A DNA stretch of 63,112 bases, the filler included, from Chiloscyllium plagiosum (lineage: Eukaryota), in assembly GCF_004010195.1 (NCBI RefSeq). It is 4 parts of one record of this genome, joined end to end, with 100 filler letters (N's around TTAATTAATTAA, not from the genome) between each part and the next. Parts side by side here need not be neighbours in the genome. Positions count along the whole stretch, not along the records: positions 11,381 to 26,053 come from NC_057710.1; 3 more parts are not named here. One strand, 5' to 3'. The translations under genes and the position numbers were made by a program. Positions 11,537 to 25,114 of this stretch are shown one piece after another; the stretch's first letter is position 1, and every line of letters starts with the position of its first letter. The notes under the pieces are model-generated. The model had not been told where the DNA came from, searched no databases, and saw only the letters and a program-made list of their open reading frames with translations.

Positions 11537-13529
11537 TTAGGGGAAGTGGTAGGTCATTCAGTCTCCTGAGCCTGATTCTACTTTAATAAGATGATGCCAG
11601 ATGTGATTGTGGCTCAACTGCACTTTCCTATCTACTCATGCTAATTTTTTGCCTTCTTTGTTGGTCAAGTATATATCTACCTTTTTCCTTAAAAATATTC
11701 AATGCACCACCTTCACCTTTCTCTGGGAATAGACTTCCACAAAATTACAATCCTGTTAGGGAAATAAAAAATGAAACTTACTTGAATGCTAGAGAATCCT
11801 TTTATCATTGATTAATATGTCTGTGCCATGATTGTTATGTATCACATACCATTGCAATTCAATAATGAACAAAATCATGTTAGAAGAATTCCAAAGGTAA
11901 AATTTGCCTTGACGAATCACCGTAGGTAAGGGCTTCAAAGCTGTGCACTTCCAGTTGGACAAATGTAGTTGTACTGAGGAAGACTTCACACCCAAAGGTT
12001 TTTGCCACTTCAAAGTAAATATTTATTTTTGAAGAAGAAAAGAGTATTAGAGTATAGGTACTGATACATCACTCCAAAGCAGCAGAAGGGTGCAGATCAA
12101 TTGTCTCTTAAAAATTGAACATCCAATTTCTACTATGCAATGAAAGAAGGCACTTTGAAGGGACAGAATATTGTAGCTTGTTATTAGTTACTTCCTAGCA
12201 AAGGCATAACATAGAGTCATAAAAAGAGAAATTAAAACTTACGGAAGAAGAAAAGAATACATTGGTAGCTATCCACCACTAATGGGTTTTTGCTGTTAGT
12301 GTCTTATATTATTTTGCATTTTCTTCTGTATTTGGTTTTACTTTGGTAGGATAAATCGATCAGATTTGAACTTGTTCAAAATTACACATTAAAGGATTAA
12401 AATGTGTTGCAATAATATCCATTTCAAATAAAAAAAATCTGTCAGACTTGTGACAAATTGAAGATACTAACTTTACTTGCACCAATTAAACATGAGTAAA
12501 TTTTTCTAAAGTTTTCTTTTGTCAAGTATTAATAAGCTGAAATAGAAATTGCTCTTGCTTGCTATGAATAAACAAGTTACTTCTCTTGATAGTGGACAAG
12601 CCAATCCACCAGCTTGATATTTATTAAAACTTGAAATTGTTTTCAAATATTACTTGCACATTTCATTTTATTATTGGCTTGTAGTGATTATTAATTTTTA
12701 CCATCTATTCGTTATTGAGAGGCTGTTTGCAACCAAATGCTAATTTCCATTATTTCTTGACACCTACGCTAATCTGCAGTAAACAATCTATTTATGGTGT
12801 AGTGGCCTAGGGGTATTCTTAAGAACAATGGCTTGTTTCTTTACTAAACTTTCAGATTGACGAGATGAGATCTGTTTATGTTTAAAAAAAGTTCTGTGTT
12901 TCTTTTCCCTCGTGCCTGAACATCATTAACATGATTTGTAGTTGCCTCAGCCTGAGTGACAGGAAAAGCAGGAATGCTGTCAAAATGACCCTCCAACTGT
13001 AGAATAGTATTTAGCGACAACAGCTGGAGTGGTAAGAAATGTGTCCTTCCGTATTGCCTGTAGGCAACATCATTCAACATTCTATGTGCTACAGTCAATT
13101 TCTAGCTCTAGAAAAGAGACATAAATGAGTTAGTACAAAGATGAAGAGTATTGCTGACAGCTGTGAAGAATCATCCAACAAAAATAGATGATTATAGCTA
13201 GTCTTGGCCCCAACAGTCCAAACGGCTGGATCAGATTATGGCATCTTTAACCCATGTTATGAGACAGGCTGGTTTTACAGCTGTTCTTGAGCTTTTGCAA
13301 AGCCATACATTTTTGAGGGTTGTGAATGGTTGGAGACAGAATATAAGTAAATAAGATAGTAGAATCCAAAGTACAAACCAAAAACCTAAGTACACATGAC
13401 GAATTGTGAAAGCTTAAATCAAGTCAGCCAAGTGATATTAAGTTGTGCATTCAGAACATGTGATTACAAACTGTAAAACTTCCACAAATCGATCAAAAGT
13501 TGACATTGTGAAAGAGACCTGTATTTGTG

Positions 13530-15570
13530 AGATTTTTCAAAGCTGGGGAACTTGGGGAAATAAATAGTGATGTCTTGAAAACAGTCCATTACAAGAGAGG
13601 AGGTGTGGATATCTTAAAACACATAAAGGTAGATAAGTCCCTAGAACCTGATAAAATATATCCCAGGACATTGTGGAAGGCTAAGGAAGAAATTACAGAG
13701 CTACTAGCAGAGATATTTGTATCATCCAAGCCATGGGTGAGGTGCCAGAAGATTTGAGGGTGGCTAATGTTGTGCCTTTATTTAAGAAAGGCTGTAGGAA
13801 AAGCCTGGGAACTATACACCAGTGAGCCTGATATCAGTGCTGGGTAAGTTGTTGGAGGGGATTCTCAGAGACAGGACTTACATGTATTTGGAGAGGCAGG
13901 TACTGATAAGGGATAATCATCATGTCTCAGAAACTTGATTGAGTTTTTTTGAGGATGCGACCAAGAAGATAGATGAGGGCGAATGGTAAATATTGTCAAC
14001 ATGGACTTTAGTATCGCCTTTGACAAGGTTCTGTATGGTAGACTGGTTAGTAAGCTTGAATCACATGGGATCCAGAGAGATATAAAATTGGCTAGACGGT
14101 AGGAGACAGAAGATGGTAGTAGAGGGTAGCTTTTTGGATGGGAGGCATGTGACCAGTGGTGTTCCACAGGAATCAGCACTGGGTCCACTGCCTGTCATTT
14201 ATATAAATAATTTGGATGAGAATATAGAAAGCTTGGTTAGTAAGTTTGCAGATGATACCAAAATTGCTGGTATAATAAACAGTGAAGAAGGTTACCTCCT
14301 TCAAGGCAATTTTGATCAGCTGAGCCAATGGGGTGAGAAATTCCCCATTGTGAAATACTCCTCAGAGATAATGACAAATTATCAAATGCCTTTTTAATTT
14401 TTGTAGTAGACACAAGGAGCATGCATCCAATTTTCCATCTATTGTAATATATTCTGAAGTACTGCAATTAGATATGCTTAGACTTAAGACTAATTTTTAG
14501 AAACTTGACTTGAATAGCTTTGGAAGAGTTACAAATTTGTTTCCTTGTTTATTCTTTCATGGAATGTGAGATGTGTCCGTTCCATTTTAGAATGAATGGG
14601 TCTTTTTCTGAATGGTAAACAGTGGTTAGTGGAGTACTACAGGAATCAGACCCCAACTATTCACAATATACGTTAATGATTTAGAGGAGAGAATTAAATG
14701 CAATACCTCAAAATTTGTAGATGATATACAGCTGGGGAGAAGGGTGAATAGTGAAGAGGGTGCAGAGATGTTGCAGTTGATTTGGACAGGCTGATTGTGT
14801 GAGCAAATGAGTGGACAGGTGATTATGATTTGGCTAACAATGAGGTTATCCATTTTCATAACAAAAAATAGGAAGGCAGATTATTATTTGCTCTCCCTCA
14901 ATTTATAGTCATTCAGTGTTCAACAAGATCTGGCTGTCCTCATGCACTGGTTCCTGAAAGTAATCATGCAGGTGCAGCAGGCAGTAAATAGGGCAAACTG
15001 TATGATGGCCTTCACAAAAGAGGGTTGTGTGTAGTTTTGGTCTCCTTATCTGATGAAGGATGTTCTTGCCATAGAAAGAGTGCAGCGAATGTTAACCACA
15101 TTGATTTCTGGGTTGATAGGATGATATATGAGGACCAATTTGAGTCGATTAGGATTGTATTCACAGGAATTTAGAAGTATGAGGGGCATCTCATAGAAAC
15201 TTTTAAAATTCTACCAGAACTAGGCATTGTACTAGATGCAGTAAAATGTTCTTGATGGTGAGGAAGTCCAGAACCAGGATCATAGTTTAATGAGAAGGGA
15301 ACAACCTGTTAGGGCTGAGATTAAGAATAATTTCTTCACCTAGAGAATGGTGAGCCTGTGGCATTCACTACCAGAGAAAGGGATTGAGGCTGAAACATTG
15401 TGTTTTCAGGCGGGAGGCAGATAGAGCTCTTGTGGCTAAAGGGATCAAGGGATATATGAGAGGGAGAAGTTAGGGCATTGAGCTCCATGATCAGCTGTGA
15501 TCATATTGGATGGGGGAGCAAACTCGAGAGGTTGAATGGCCTACTCCTTCTCCTATTTTCTCTGCGTCTG
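13530..15570 (+). mobile_element. Two degenerate CR1 ORF2 fragments (about 13530-14340 and 14590-15570)
   Basis: VDKSLEPDKIYPRTL, VTSGVPQESALGP, VSKFADDTKI; 3' end ttgaatggcctactcct. Confidence 0.85.
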
Positions 15571-16137
15571 AATTTGTTGTATCTTGCTAATTCCCCATGA
15601 AGTGAATGGCTTCCTTGGCCATTTCAAAGGGCAATTAAGAGTCAGCCTCGAATCAAATGTATTGTGAGCCTCGAATCAAATGTAGTACAGATCAAGGTAC
15701 TAACAAGCACACTAGTGAACCAACAATAAATGATAGTTGTCATGCAACATCATTACTGAAATTAGCTTTACATTCCAGGGTAATTTAATTAAACTTTAAT
15801 ATGACATGCTGAATTCCAGAGGCAAGGTGAGTGTAAGTACTGTTGTCAGCAAGGTAGTATTATGTTGAATGTAGTATGAAGTAACCATAGGAAATCTAAA
15901 GGCAACATATATCAAAGTGAAAAACGAGCCATGCCTGGTGTCATTTTACCACAAAGTTAGATGCTTCTGATTGTTAGAGGTAGTCCTCTCAGATTAAAGA
16001 TATTGTGTAGGAGCTTGTCAGGATACTATCACAGGCGTAATCCAACTCTCCAGTTGGATTCCTTCTGTGGTAAGGTCAGAAATGCAGATATTTGCTGATA
16101 TAGTATTCAGTTCCCAGCTCTTAATGAGTAACTACTT

Positions 16138-16875
16138 ATAGAGTCACAGAGATGTACAGCATGGAAACAGACCCTTCAGACCAACTTGTCCATGCCGACC
16201 AGTTATCCCAGCCCAACCTAGTCCCACCTGCCAGCACCCGGCCCATATCCCTCCAAACCCTTCCTATTCATATATCCATCCGAATGCCTCTTAAATGTTG
16301 CAATTCTACCAGCCACCACCACTTCCTCTGGCAGCTCATTCCATACACGTACCACCCTCTGTGTGAAAAGGTTGCCCCTTAGGTTTCTTTTATATCTTTC
16401 CCCTCTTACTGTAAACCTATGCCCTCTAGTTCTGGACTCCCCCACCCCAGGGAAAAGACTTAGTCTATTTATCCTATCCATGCCCCTCATGATTTTATAA
16501 ACCTCTATAAGGTCACCCCTCAGTCTCTGACGCTCCAGGACTAGCCTATTCAACTCTCCCTATAGTTCAACTCTTCCAACCCTGGCAGCATCCTTGTAAA
16601 TCTTTTCTGAATCCTTTCAAGTTTCACAACATCTTTCCAATAGGAAGGAGATCACAATTGCACGCAATATTCCGACAGTGGCCTAACCAATGTTACAGCC
16701 GCAATATGACTTCCCAACTCCTGTACTCAATACTCTGACCAAGAAAGGAAAGCATACCAAACGCCGCCTTCACTATCCAACCTACCTGCGACATCACTTT
16801 CAAGAAGCTATGAACATACACTCCAAGGCCTCTTTGTTCAATAACACTCCCTAGGACCTTACCATTAAGTGTATA
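16138..16875 (-). mobile_element. Young CR1 3' end
   Basis: RLRGDLIEVYKIMRGMDRINR..; terminus ...gctgtacatctctgtgactctat on the minus strand. Confidence 0.9.
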
Positions 16876-16879
16876 AAAC

Positions 16880-17440
16880 CTCTGGATTGAATTCAGGTTT
16901 AGACTGATAAATGACAAGTAACATTTGTGCCAGACAGGCACTCAGTCACCATTTGCAACTTGTGAAGGTTTAATCACCTCTTAACATTAAGCAAAATTTT
17001 CATTTAAATCCCCCATTATTAATATTCTGGGGAATCACCATTGATCTGAAGTGTAACTAGACTGGTCACACACGTTCTGTGGTTGCAAGTGCAGGTCAGA
17101 ATCTGTGGTGAGACAGTCACTACCTGACAGCCAAGACTACCAATGAGGAACAGGTTCAGGAGTATGATGGAATATATTTCTTTCATTTTGGATGACCTCA
17201 TTATCTCTGCCACCCAGAAAAACAATGGTACCAATCACATGGAAATTCCAACACTTGCAAACTCCCTTCCAAGGTACATATCCTTCTGACTTGGGAAGTA
17301 TGATGTAATTCCTTTACAGTTGCTGGGTTAAAATCATGATACTCTGTACTAAACAACTTGTGGGTGTACATTCGCTGAGAATAACAATTAAGCAACTCAC
17401 CACTCCTTCTGACTAGCTTTTGAGATATTGGCAAGAATTA
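16880..17440 (+). mobile_element. L2/Crack-like LINE 3' fragment, degenerate
   Basis: QV-RSMMEY-like motif and a 3' region similar to the minus-strand copies at 21790-22440 and 49070-49900. Confidence 0.5.
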
Positions 17441-17886
17441 AAATAAAGACATAAATTTACATTCCACTTTTTGTGGCTAACACATGACCGAAGTGCTTGA
17501 GTCTTTTACCTGCTGAGAGTGCATTTGGGCCTTAGTTTAACGTACCATCCAAAAAGCATCACTTCTCAGAATACTGCACATCAGCTTTGATTTGTGTGAT
17601 TAAGACCATTTAATTCAGGTGAAAGTGCTATCAACTGAGCCACTATCGACATTATGTGTAATACGTTTCATTATTTCCAAGTGTCAATTACATTTATCGC
17701 AAGTTGATTCTCTAAAAGGTTTTCATCATGTACATTAGGTTGGCTGATGTATAATTGCCAGTTTATCGCTCTACCTTTTTCTTATGTAGAAGATAGGAAC
17801 AATTATACTTTGAATGTACTTTGCCTCTAGGATACAAGTTAGGAAAAAAACGTGCAAAGATGTAATTTCTGTTTGTGTGCTAACAG

Positions 17887-17996
17887 AGACCATGCAGGCT
17901 CCAAATAGTGCAGTAGCAGAATATTTAAATGAAAGGAAAAAATATGAAGAATTACGAAGACAAAAACCAAAAAACGGGTCCACACGTGAGGAACAG
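17887..17996 (+). CDS. CWC27: CWC27 spliceosome-associated cyclophilin, late internal coding exon (110 nt)
   Basis: taacag| and |gtaat splice sites; peptide xTMQAPNSAVAEYLNERKKYEELRRQKPKNGSTREEQ matches recalled human CWC27 APPDGAVAEYRREKQKYEALRKQQSKKGTSREDQ. Confidence 0.85.
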
Positions 17997-19143
17997 GTAA
18001 TGAACCTATTTTCATCTTAATGTTGTCAAGGTTGTCATGTTTAGAATTTATGGGCTTTCCAAATATGAAGTAAATTAAACTTCAATGTATATATATACAA
18101 ACCTAATAAATGAACATAGCAATTGAGAGTTAACAATGTGATACCCAGATAATTTCCATATCCTGACCCCCATGCTAAGAGTGACGCAATCTTTAAATGT
18201 AGAACTCACAATTTAGTTTGAAGTTGAGCTCAGCCTCCAATTTGTGGCAGCATGTGCTACCAAAGGGCAATAATTGGTTGCTGAACAAGGATGTCAATGG
18301 CAAGTGACAACTATGATTGGTCCTATTGCTATTATGCAGAAGCAATTAAGTAATACATCTGAGGGCCAATGTCCTCACTGTACACAACAGTGGCTAAATG
18401 ACCAACTAAATGGCATAGTATCCAATTGAATACAATACTCTCTTGGGAAAATGTTTCACATCATTTAAAAAATATCACTTTATTGTCGCTCACATTGAAC
18501 CCATCATCTGTGTACTAATATGTGCCAGGCTGTACCGTTCGACAATTTATGAATTAAAATTTCCCTCTGGCCCTCCACAGCCCATTAACTAACTCCTCAA
18601 GAAGCTTAGCAGGCCAGTCACTGGAAGCAAGTGACTCCTACAGTCCACACTCTTGCTTTGAAAATTCCAACATGATCCAGAGGTTTCAAAATACTCGTGC
18701 TATTTGAGGGCACTGTTTGCGACACACACTCAATCCCCTTCTCACCCAAGTTTAATTAAAATCCAATCACATATTTGCAAAATTCAATGAGAAGTTAAGT
18801 CATGCAATACAATATCATATGACACTCTAGGCTGAATTTTACCAGTTTTAGGCAACTTTTTTAAAGTAAAATTTGTGGCACCTAGTCCTCTGTGGCACAG
18901 AGACTTTTCTCACACAATCTTTTGCTGTTCATCTCACTAATTATGCAGTTGACCTCAACCATGTCCATTTTAAGCAGTCTAGCAACCAGAGGCTGAAGTG
19001 CTGTCTGCTGCCAGAACTTTATTACATTTATAGTATTGACACCATATTTAAAGCCGAGCTCCCCAGTACTTCAGACGCTGCAAGTTAGGAACTGCCCTTC
19101 AAACTGTGGTCCTCTATTGTTTCTCCAAGGAAAGGTGAGTTAA

Positions 19144-19353
19144 CTGCAGTTCGCCTATAGGGATCTATAAGAGCTGGTTGATGGTGTGTTGGAGAGGAGA
19201 ATACGGCTGTATCTTGCTAGCTGGCAAAGAAGGCCAAACCAGCAGACTCAGTCAAACTGGATTGGGATAAACCATGTTTGTGCATTGTCCTGGGTAAAAC
19301 ACAATGCACAGCAGTAGAGGAAGAAGATTAATGCTCTTCTGCATGCCACACAG
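19144..19353 (+). pseudogene. Myb/SANT-like (MSANTD-type) DNA-binding exon with two in-frame stops
   Basis: LQFAYRDL*ELVDGVLERRIRLY..RRP..T..NW..V.A.S....AQQ*RKKINAL followed by the donor cag|gtaag; fits the F..DLE.LV..V..RR..L..W..V..QCRKK.N.L pattern. Confidence 0.6.
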
Positions 19354-19609
19354 GTAAGTGCTACCATCTACTCTCTGCTGCTTTGCACTCATAAAACCAG
19401 TACTCACTGTAACTCTGCCAGTACACACTCATCTTACCAAGGCTCATGGACTCATGTTGCATGCAGCATGTCCACTCAACAACTCTCACGTATTTCATCC
19501 TTCCAAAGTATTAACACTTTCTGCTCCCTGTGCTTCCTGCTCACTCATTAGTGCCACTCTTTTGCTTGTGCATCATTACTAATTCCTCTTCTATCTATTT
19601 CCATCATAT

Positions 19610-20770
19610 TCATAGAGTCATAGAGGTTTACAGCACAGAAAAAGGCCCTTCAGCCTTATCGAATCTGTGCCGATCAAAAACTTATTTTCCGGCATTTGGC
19701 CCATAGCCTTTTATGCCTTGGCATTGCAAGTATAAATTTAAATACTTCTGAAGTATTACTAGGGTTTCTGCCTCTACTATCCTTATACATATGCATTCCA
19801 GATTCCCACCACTCTCTGGTGAAAACCTTTTTCTTCACATCTTTCTAAACCTCCTGTCCCTTAGCTTAAGTCTGTGCCCTCTAATCAGTGATCCCTCCAC
19901 CAAGGGGAAAATTTCCTTTCTGTCTACCCTATCTATGCCCCTCAATTTTATACATCTCACTCATGTCAGTCTCCTTTCTTCCAAGGAAAACAGACCCAGT
20001 TTATCTAATCTCTCTCCTGAAGTAAGATTCTTCAGCCCAGACAACATTCTGGTAAATCTCCTCATCACCCTGTCTAGTGCAATCACATCTCTCATACAGT
20101 ATAGGTTCCAGAATTGCACACAGTACTCTAAGTATGGCTTATCTAACGATTTATACAATTCCAGCGTAACTACCTTGCTCTTAAACTTTATACTTCAGGT
20201 AATAAAGCCAAGTAATTCGTATATGTTCTTATGATTATATCTACCTGTCCGCAAATTTAAGGGTCCAGTGGACATGCACACCAATGTGCCCTCTGAACCT
20301 CTGTGCTCCCCAGAGTTCATCATGTATTCCTTGTTTCTCCTGCCCAAGTGCATTACCTTGCACTTATCTAGATTCAACGCCATTTGTTACTGTTCAGCTC
20401 ATCAAACCTTCGTCATTATTTACCAATCTACCTATCCATGAACTTACTGATCACCTTCATACATCCAAAATTAAATAATTTATACATATACCACAAATAG
20501 CAGAGACCCCAACACCCATTCCTGTGGAACCCCATTGGATGCAGAAAACACTCTGAATTATCACCTGCCTCCTTCCAGTCAGCAGATTCTGGATCCACTT
20601 AGCCAAATTTCCTTGGATCCCTTGGGCTGTTACCTTCACTATCAACCTCCCATGTGAAACTTTATTAAAAGTCTTGCTGAAGTCTAAGACTATGTCAAAT
20701 GCAATGCCCTCATCTACACACCCGGTTACCACTTCAAAAAATTGAATAAAGATGGTCAGATGTGACTATA
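19610..20770 (-). mobile_element. CR1 ORF2/3' UTR inserted in the Harbinger Myb-gene intron
   Basis: LDFSKTFNKVSHGRL, LEYCVQFW..RVMRRFTRML. Confidence 0.85.
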
Positions 20771-21789
20771 TTCAGTTACTCCCTTTGTACAATTGCAGAC
20801 ATAAATGGCTCACTGCAGGCCAAGAGCACCAAAACTGGTGGAGCAGGTGGTACACATAAAGCTCCCCTCGCCGTGTGAGGAAAAAAGTTTATATTTGACC
20901 AAAGTAGAATGTGACCACTGGTGAGACATCCATGGATAACAAATGAGCAAATTTCATTCTACTGGGCTGTACTGCTCCCCTATTACCACCTATCCTGACT
21001 CATTCTTAAACTGCATGAGCATTTATCTCTCCTATGCAAGCAATTCCCTCTCTTCTTTTATGCAGACAATAGCTGCACCCAGCAAACTTCTGCCTCAAAG
21101 AGGTTAGCACCAGAAGCCCTCACTTCTACCTCCACCTTTTGAGGACGAAGTTACTGAACCCTCAGAGGATATGCCAGCAAGCTTTTCTCCTGCACTGTCC
21201 ACCACCTCAGAGACTTTCACTGACATATCTCCACATCTGCTCAAGAAAGAAGGGCCCTAGGACTTTAACACTCAGAGGTTTGCCAGAGACCAGGCAACTG
21301 CTTAGTCCCAGGCAGAAGATGACTCCATGGCCATTAATGACTTTGTCAAAATACAAACAGGCACAGGATCATCAGGCAGATTTGACAGAGGCAGACAGTA
21401 AACTGAGTGAAGGACAGAGGTTTGTCGACATTATCAGTTCTGTACTATCTCTGACATACTCCTGTCTGGTTTTCTCTGTGGAGAGGTTGTTGACCACAAT
21501 GGAAACCCAGGTGCAGCGGACTGTATCTGCCAGAAATGTACATGCACCTGCAATCCATCAGTCCAGCTATGTACTCAGAATCAATAACAAGGCAAGAGGG
21601 GTATAAGGGACCCTGTTCTCTCTCTAACTCCCCTTCCTATCAGGAAAGTGGGCTGGTGCCAGTAGCCACCCATAGGGAGAAGAAACCACAAACTTTCAAA
21701 AGCTTTCTTTCAGAACAGTCCACATGTAACCTGCACCGTCCTCCTCCTGCCCTCCATTTGTATTGCCAAAGTATTTTTCAATTCATTTT

Positions 21790-22440
21790 TGGGATGGGTT
21801 ACTAGTTGGGCCAGCATTTATATCAATTTCTGGTTGCCATTGAGAAGATGGTGTTAACTGACTTTCTTGAACCACTACAATTCATTTAGTGTAGATGGAC
21901 TCACAATGCCATTAGAGAGGGAGTTTCAAGATTTTTACCCATGGACAGGAGGAAACAGATATATTTCCAATTGTGGATGGTGAGTGGCTAGTAGGGGAAC
22001 TTGCAGGTTATGGTATTCCCATGTATCTGCTGCTGTTGTCCTTCTAGATTCTGGTGAACATAGATTTGGAACGTGTATCTAAGGTATATCTGCAGTGCAC
22101 CTTGTGGATAGAACACATTGCTGCTACTGAGTGTCATTAGTGGAGAGAGTGAACTTCTGTGCTTGTGATGCAAATCAACAGCGTTGGTTTGTCCCATGAT
22201 GATGATGGCAAACCTTTTGAATGTTGATGGACCTGCAGTCATCCGTGCAACTGGGGAGTATTTCATTGCATTCCTGACTTCTTCTTTGTCAATAATGGGT
22301 AGACTTAGGAGAGTCAAAAGCTAAGTTACTCACTGCAAGATTCTGAGCCTTTGACCTGCTCTTATAGCCACAGTACATTTGTGACTAGTCCAGTTCAGTT
22401 TCTGACCAATGGTTACGCCCCCCAGGATGTTGAAAGTCTG
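21790..22440 (-). mobile_element. L2/Crack-like LINE 3' fragment
   Basis: EVRNAMKYSPVARMTAGPSTFKR..HGNTITCKFP. Confidence 0.55.
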
Positions 22441-25114
22441 CAGTAGCCCAAATGGCAACCAGCATTTGGGCTGGTCACCTTAATGAGGCCTCTGCTGTCT
22501 GAGCCCAAAAATCCCCCAGGAGCTAATCTTCAAGGCCAACAGGGCTTTGTTCAGTGCAGATTGCTTCGACTCCAGCTGTGTATATTGGGGTTGCAGTTAG
22601 ATGCAGTAGGAAAGAACGGAAGAAATTAACTTTACTGAGGGCACATTGATGGAATGGGTGCCACATCATAGTAGACCATCATCCACTTCTATAAATATAT
22701 GAAGTCAGAAATCACACAACACCAGGTTTTAATCCAGCAGTTTTATTTGAAATCACAAGCTTTTGAAGTGCTGGTTCTTCATCAGGTGAGTAAACCTATT
22801 TGACTATAACTGGTGTCGTGTTACTTCCCTACCCTAGTCCAACACGAGAAGCTCCGCTTCTTTAAATATATATGTAGTTGTAAATTTAAAACGCCTGTGC
22901 CATTATCTTTGTCACTGTTATACCTGGTTAAGTCATATCCTTTGCAGAATTGAGCAGCCTCTTCAGAGATCCCAAAGATGAAAGAAGTTGCAATGACCAA
23001 ATGTTGGATATCTTTTGCAAAGAAAACTTCTTAGCTGCAAATAGCATCATACCTTGACCCCTGATGGTGACTCTTGACACATGGTGGTTGATAACTGTAA
23101 TCAAGGAGTTGCATTTTAACGTGGACATCACTGAGGCTAAAGTAAATGTGCAGGGATTGTGCTAAGGTTACCCTGTACACATCTTGCACACTTACACCCA
23201 TCTTGTGAGTAAGAAAAAGGAATCAGTGATGATTCCACATATCTCTCAGGGCAAAGTTTCATTCTATCAAAGTAGAGCTGAGATATGAATACTTGTTCAT
23301 TCTCCCCCATTGTACAATAGTCTGCTGATAGAAGCTGCACAGAGCACTGCTGTTCAATTTAAATGCTGTTCAGGGCAATTTAGTAATCTATGCTGTATCT
23401 AAAATATTGAATGATGGAAGAATGAAAAGGAGAGTCAGGTTTCTTTGCCAAATGCTACCTATTATGAGCGGCTTTACTGCTCAACACTGGGAGATCATGC
23501 TAACTGAAACCTTAAAAACTGTACAACATTAATGTAATGTGATGTTAGTGCCCTGTCCCACTGCCTGCTACGTGACTTGCAATATGCAGATTTGTGAAAA
23601 TGATATCAGTGAAGATACCAAACTTATGCACACTTATGGATAAGGAAACATTTATTCAGCAACAGAAGATGTAAAGAACTGCAAAAAATAATCAGGTCTA
23701 CATATAATTTGCTCTAAGTAGGGGCTGCTTACTATAAAACAACAGAAAGTTTCACAACTAAAGGAATTCCAAACTCAGCTCAGTCATGCTTTCTTGAATG
23801 TCACTTCCAGTCACTCTCTTGATCCTCAGAAGATTTTTGTCGATACACAGTTTCCTCTGCATCCAGGGCAACCCCACTTCCCCCCCTTATTGTCTTGAAT
23901 TGTATGCCACAGTGATACTGAATACTCCTCCTGTGCTATACTGCAAGCCTCTGCCAAAACAATCCAGGAATCAAAACCTCATCAAAGGATCGCATACCTA
24001 TAGCTCATTTTAGCAGCTCCATAGTGTTATTTTCCAGTGTGAACTATGAATGCGCTTCAGAAGTGCCAAGCCAATGTGACTGTTCTAATTTCGCGTCTGA
24101 TTACATTTGCATAGCAGACGTGACAAGGAGGCTGTAAAATAAAATCAAAGAACTGCAGATGCTATAAATCTGAACTAAAACAGAAAGTGATAGAGAAACT
24201 CAGCAGGTCTGGCTTTATTGGCAGAGAGAGAAAAACATAGTTAACTTTTTGAGGCCAATGACCCAACATTAGAATGCCTGCTGGAGACGATTAGTGTGAA
24301 CGGTGTAGTGGTTGTGGTTTCTTGAAGCCATAATTTGTAATGTTCGTTTTTAGACAATAAGTGACCTGCCAATGAAGTACAATTTGATGTCAGATGGGTA
24401 TCATTACAGAATCAGTGAATGCAGGATTAATGCAATTGCCCTCAGCAGAGCCTCAATTTAAATAATTTTATTCCAGTGCCAAAGAAACAAACAATTTATT
24501 TTGTTCTCTCTGCATGAGGTGAAAACGATGCAGTTCAAAGGGCAGATTGATTCCAGAGATGAATTTGTCTTATGAGGAGAAATTGAGCAGGTTAGGCCTT
24601 ACTCTCTGGAATTTAGAAAAATGGGAGGAGATCTAATTGAGGTATTTAAGATGCTAAAGGGGATTTACAAAGTAGATGTAGAAAGGATGTTTCCTTGTGG
24701 GGCAATCTAGAGGCGAGGCCATAGTTTTAGGAAAGGAATAGCAGATTTAAAACAGAGATTTCACAGAGGGTGGTTCATGTGTGGAATAAACTTCCAGAGG
24801 AAGTCGTGGATGTGGGTACAATTACAGCGTTTAAAAGACATTTGTATAAATACATGAAAAGAAAATGTTTAGAGGAATATGGGCCAGGAGCAGGCAGGTG
24901 GGTCTGGTTTAGTTTGGGTTTATGTTCAATATGGACTGGTTGAGCCAAAGGGTCTGTTTCTCTGTTGTGTGACTCTACAAGGAGAAACTATGGCGCTTAG
25001 AGGATCATGGATCTGTGGAATTCACTAGCCCAGAGTGTGGTGATTTACGGGACATTGTCAATCTCCTCTTCAAATTTAATCAATTTTTAATTAGCAATAG
25101 TTTGAAGGTTTGAA

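Larger units (their letters stand above)
18830..23640. mobile_element. Decayed PIF/Harbinger-like DNA transposon (Myb/SANT-like gene on +, possible transposase remnant on -), with LINE insertions
   Basis: Starts ggctgaattttacc; Myb/SANT-like exons at 19144-19353 and about 20798-20890 (MAH..KTGG). The right boundary and the transposase remnant (22925-23400) are uncertain. Confidence 0.5.

Noticed and set aside
17814..17886. Upstream part of ORF 17814-18020
   Set aside because: It lies 5' of the taacag acceptor and has no CWC27 similarity; intronic.
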